From an uncultured cyanobacterium (GTDB lineage: Bacteria; Cyanobacteriota; Cyanobacteriia; Cyanobacteriales; Nostocaceae): a stretch of DNA of 64,000 bases. A program made the translations under genes and the position numbers. Shown one piece after another: positions 60,140 to 64,000 of the stretch. The stretch spans positions 2,432,001 through 2,496,000 of the forward strand of contig CAVUDP010000002.1 of assembly GCA_963740315.1 (NCBI GenBank), read 5' to 3'. Positions within the stretch are counted from its first letter, which is position 1. Each line of letters begins with the position of its first letter. A model generated the notes under the pieces. The model ran no database searches. It was not told the DNA's origin and saw only the letters and a program-made list of their open reading frames with translations.

Positions 60140-63100
60140 TTAACGAATTGTTTCTACAGCCCCTAATGCCCTTAAAGAAGCTTTTTCAGGATATGTTAAA
60201 CCCGTAACGTTAGTAATTTCCATACCTTCATAAAAGCGATCGGGATTGAGTTTCTCTCGTTGCTTGCGAGTTTTGAGATCCCAAAGTTGAATATTTTCAT
60301 CTTCTCCACCACTGGCAAGCAATTTACCATCAGGGCTAAAGGCTACAGAGCGAACTGGCTTTGTATGTCCACCTTCAAATGTATGTAATAATCTACCTGT
60401 TTCTACTTGCCATAGCTTGACGGTACACTCACCGCTGCCGCTAGCAAGCATTTTGCCATCGGCACTAAACGCTACTGAATAAACTTGCTGAGTGTGTTTA
60501 TCTAAAGTATGCAAACACTTGCCATTAGTCATATTCCACAATTTAATGGTCTTATCTTGGTTGCCAGTTGCGATTTGACCATTAGGACTAAATGCTACAG
60601 ACAAAACTAAATTTTTGCGATCGTGTAAAGTTTGTATACATTCTCCTGTATCCACATCCCACAATTTCACCTTACACTCATCACTACCGCTAACGATAGT
60701 TTTACCATCAGGGCTAAAGGCGATCGGGCACACCCAATCGGAATGTCCGATAAATATTCGGATACAATCACCCGTTTCAATATCCCAAAGACGAATAGTG
60801 CGGTCTTCACTACTACTAGCGAGGGTTTTACCATCAGGGCTAAAAACTACACTCCATACCCAATTATCATGCCCTTTGAAGGTTCTAATCTCTTTAACAT
60901 CACTAATATCTTGGATATCCCAAAGTTTGATTTGACGATCCGCGCTACCACTAGCTAAGGTGCGACCATCCCGACTATAAGCTACCGATCGAATTCTACC
61001 TTGATGCGATCGCAACTGATAACATTTAAAGTTTTGTAACTCCCACAAGCGAATCGTCCAGTCATCTCGACCGCTAGCAAGTACTTTACTATCAGGACTA
61101 AATGCTAGAGAATAAACATCACGGGTATAACCTTTTAAAATATTCCAGCAAATTCCTTTTTCTAAGTCCCAAATCCTTGCCGTTTGGTCATCGCTACTAC
61201 TGATCAGCGCACGTCCGGATGGATGAAAGGCAATATCCCATACTTGGCTTGTATGCCCGGATAATGTTCGCTTAAGTTGACCGCTACTAGTATCCCATAA
61301 TTTAATTGTTCGATCTTCACTAGAACTGGCGATCGTCTTACCATCAGCACTGAAGCGAACTTTGTATACCTTTCTCTCGTGACCAAACAAGGTATTTTTA
61401 CAAGTACCTGTTGCTAAATCCCAAAGTTTAATAGTTTTATCTATACCGCAACTAACTAATAGTTCGCCATTGGGATGAAAATCTATTGCATAAACATCGC
61501 GATCGTGTCCGCTAAAAGTTTGCGAACAAACAAACGTGTCAATATTCCACAATTTGATATTACCGTCAGCACTACCAGTGGCAATAATATCTGTATTATG
61601 AGGATGAAAACTTACAGACCAAACTGAGCCAGTATGACCTGTTAAACTTTTTTCACAATTGCCAGTGTCAACATCCCAAATTTTAACGCTTTGGTCTTCA
61701 CTAGCACTAGCTAACAGCTTACCATCAGCATTAAACGCCACCGAATAAACTTTATTCGTATGTTCGTTGAGGGTACGAATACATTCACCACTGTCAATAT
61801 TCCATAATTGAATTTTATAATCGTCACTACCACTAGCGAGAGTTGTGTTACTGGGATTAAATGCAAATGTCTTCACTGAAGCGGTATGTCCTTTCAAAAT
61901 TCTCAGTAGTTTTATATCATCTGTTTGCCATAGTCGCACCTCTCCATCGATCACGCCTGTAGCAAAATATCTACCATCATGGCTAAAACTTACAGATAAA
62001 AGACTAGACATCGTATCGCTAAATACTGAATCTGTTAAATCGCTATTTGTAAATTGGGTATTTTGCAATCTCACATCTTTAAAATAAGCCTGCCGAATTA
62101 TTAAATTAGAAAAATCCAGTCCGCTTAGATTAATTTGTGACTTATTAATTTGAATATGACGTAATAAATTAATAATATTACCCGCCGCGTATCCTTTTCT
62201 AGGTAATGGTTGCTGTTGTAGCTGCTGTAATATGTTTTTTAAACGGGATTCTAATTCCTTCTCGTTACCAAAAACGGCAACCAGTTGTTTCTTCAATGGT
62301 TCCAAAATTGAACGCTCTTGGCTCTCGCGGAAATAATCTAACGATCGCGCTTTGATTAAGGGATATTGATTAATAATTTTGAAATCTTTACCATAAATTA
62401 TTTCTTCGGCAGCTTGAGCAATCAACTGTTCGGTGATATATTGTGTGACCACAGATTGCAGGCTGAATCTTCCCGCGCCTACACCAGGGACTTTTTCAAT
62501 TAGCGATCGCCGCAATAAAGATTCTACTGCTTCTAGAATCTTTATATTATCTGGTACGATTAAAACTTTCTTTATCTGGGCTAAAGAAACAATATCGCGA
62601 TTGATTGCAAAGCAATACATCAGTTGTTTCTCTAACTCAGATAAACGGTTAAATTGTTCTTCTAAAAGTGTGCGAATATCTCCAAAAACAGCCGTCTCTT
62701 TGTCAATCTGATTCAGGAATTCAGCCACATCATTATTAAATAAATCATATAAAGTGGTTGCAACCATTTTCAATGCTAAAGGATTACCGGAATAAAGCTT
62801 TACTAATTCCGATAACTGTTCTTTTGAACAGATAGAATCTGTAAATCCCTTATCTTTAAGAATGGCATTTGCATCCTCTAAATTCAATCCCGTAAGTTGC
62901 AATACCTTAACAGGAAGATTTTTCCCTTCCTGCATTGCTACTTGTAAAGGTTTTTCCCGACTAGTTAGTAATAAACAACTTTGATGTGATGTTTCGGCTA
63001 CTCGTTCAAATAAATCGCCATAATTTTCATAGCCATCTTGATATTTTCCTACTAATTCACGATCTTTTCCTTTACTACTACTAAACAAAGACTCAACATT

Positions 63101-63760
63101 ATCTAAAATTATCAAGCAGCGATGTTTCCGCAATACATCAATTAAATATAAAATTTTCTTATTGAGATTATCATCCTCCCAGTCCAAATCAATCCGATTT
63201 TCATTGGGTAGAAACTGCAAAATCTCAGTCAAAATATCATTTAACTGCGGAGAGTTGCGAAGACTGCGCCAAATTATGAACTTAAAACGATCGCGCGATC
63301 GTACCTCTTTAACTATTCTGGCAGCAAGGATGGTTTTACCAATACCCCCCAATCCCAACACCGCAACCAAACGACAGCGCTGCTCCACAATCCACCGGGT
63401 TAATTCCGATATTTCCTCTTCTCTACCTCGAAAACCTTCAACATCTACTGCTTCCCCCCAATCCTCAATGATTTTTGGTTTCTTAGCTTCGCCTTCTTGA
63501 TACTTTTGAGATAAAGATTGTTTAAGATCGTAAATTTTTTTATTGCTACTGCCTTCAATTTTAAATTTTTTGTAACTTTCCCCTAACCTTTTTCGCACTG
63601 CTGCTGGAGTTATTTCTAATTTCTTAGCAATGTCTGCCCCAGAAAATCCCTGTAATGCTAACTGCAAAGCAATAAGCTCTGCTTTAGTTACACCTTGTTG
63701 AGTTGCTACCTTTTCAATAAAAATATCTGGTAGTTGAGATTCATTTAAAGTACTATCCAT
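60140..63760 (-). CDS. HTH, NB-ARC (STAND), pentapeptide, WD40 protein
   Basis: N-terminal HTH, DWGEA..F.GRE, GLGGIGKT, ILDNVE, GNPLAL, about 14 WD40 repeats, YEGMEIT..GLT..K.SL.ALGA; ATG 63760 preferred. Confidence 0.93.
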   Translation of the reverse strand: MDSTLNESQLPDIFIEKVATQQGVTKAELIALQLALQGFSGADIAKKLEITPAAVRKRLGESYKKFKIEGSSNKKIYDLKQSLSQKYQEGEAKKPKIIEDWGEAVDVEGFRGREEEISELTRWIVEQRCRLVAVLGLGGIGKTILAARIVKEVRSRDRFKFIIWRSLRNSPQLNDILTEILQFLPNENRIDLDWEDDNLNKKILYLIDVLRKHRCLIILDNVESLFSSSKGKDRELVGKYQDGYENYGDLFERVAETSHQSCLLLTSREKPLQVAMQEGKNLPVKVLQLTGLNLEDANAILKDKGFTDSICSKEQLSELVKLYSGNPLALKMVATTLYDLFNNDVAEFLNQIDKETAVFGDIRTLLEEQFNRLSELEKQLMYCFAINRDIVSLAQIKKVLIVPDNIKILEAVESLLRRSLIEKVPGVGAGRFSLQSVVTQYITEQLIAQAAEEIIYGKDFKIINQYPLIKARSLDYFRESQERSILEPLKKQLVAVFGNEKELESRLKNILQQLQQQPLPRKGYAAGNIINLLRHIQINKSQINLSGLDFSNLIIRQAYFKDVRLQNTQFTNSDLTDSVFSDTMSSLLSVSFSHDGRYFATGVIDGEVRLWQTDDIKLLRILKGHTASVKTFAFNPSNTTLASGSDDYKIQLWNIDSGECIRTLNEHTNKVYSVAFNADGKLLASASEDQSVKIWDVDTGNCEKSLTGHTGSVWSVSFHPHNTDIIATGSADGNIKLWNIDTFVCSQTFSGHDRDVYAIDFHPNGELLVSCGIDKTIKLWDLATGTCKNTLFGHERKVYKVRFSADGKTIASSSEDRTIKLWDTSSGQLKRTLSGHTSQVWDIAFHPSGRALISSSDDQTARIWDLEKGICWNILKGYTRDVYSLAFSPDSKVLASGRDDWTIRLWELQNFKCYQLRSHQGRIRSVAYSRDGRTLASGSADRQIKLWDIQDISDVKEIRTFKGHDNWVWSVVFSPDGKTLASSSEDRTIRLWDIETGDCIRIFIGHSDWVCPIAFSPDGKTIVSGSDECKVKLWDVDTGECIQTLHDRKNLVLSVAFSPNGQIATGNQDKTIKLWNMTNGKCLHTLDKHTQQVYSVAFSADGKMLASGSGECTVKLWQVETGRLLHTFEGGHTKPVRSVAFSPDGKLLASGGEDENIQLWDLKTRKQREKLNPDRFYEGMEITNVTGLTYPEKASLRALGAVETIR

Positions 63761-64000
63761 GTCACATTCGCTCCATGTCACATATAGATATGTGATATTA
63801 CTTATTTTTTTTCCTAAACCAAACCTCTTGAATAAGACATTGTATTGACTTATCAATCGCTACACAATAGCCTTGATAATCTTATCAGGCATTCCTGACA
63901 ATGTATTCTCCAATCAAATTCAGAATTTAAATCATAACTTTTTTCTCACCTTTTTTCTCACAAATTATTAGTAAGCAAATATACTTATTAAAATTAGGTA

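Noticed and set aside
60615..63500. Antisense ORFs within the NB-ARC-WD40 gene (and similar ones in aroB, bioB, uvrA)
   Set aside because: Shadow frames of well-supported genes.
1..64000. tRNA/rRNA genes or an integrase defining the islands
   Set aside because: No cloverleaf/T-loop, rRNA-like tract, integrase or transposase ORF recognised by eye; tRNAscan-SE would be needed to exclude fully.

Overview
AT-rich chromosomal window from a filamentous cyanobacterium, probably Nostocales. Evidence: frequent HIP1 GCGATCGC octamers, 7-9 bp STRR tandem repeats, REP/SDR-like palindromes, petL and fibrillin. The left third is mostly housekeeping or common accessory genes (Uma2, RelBE-type TA, aroB, petL, bioB, selO, glycerate kinase, uvrA with a LexA box). 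It also has a broken giant DUF4347 surface-protein gene, a decayed VapBC pair and a C5 methyltransferase whose restriction enzyme survives only as a 3' stub. The centre (25.1-36.0 kb) is a co-oriented five-gene signalling/conflict-like cluster: FHA-wHTH; Ser/Thr kinase-AAA_35; AAA_35-STAND(N half)-HEAT; an unknown protein; NACHT-HEAT-STAND(C half)-WD40-TM. One STAND NTPase appears split between two of these genes, and this cluster is the best candidate for an undescribed system. 36.0-53.1 kb is a Zn/Cu homeostasis island with SmtB, Zur, MerR-type and six CopR-type operator motifs, an uncharacterised His/Met-rich exported protein plus a beta-barrel partner, and a decaying right end that finishes near an IS200/IS605-type hairpin remnant. 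The right end has a DUF1822 pair, Uma2, an ABC ATPase, a Nit1-like amidase and an HTH-NB-ARC-WD40 protein. No rRNA, tRNA or CRISPR array was seen. All family calls come from motif recognition, not database searches.
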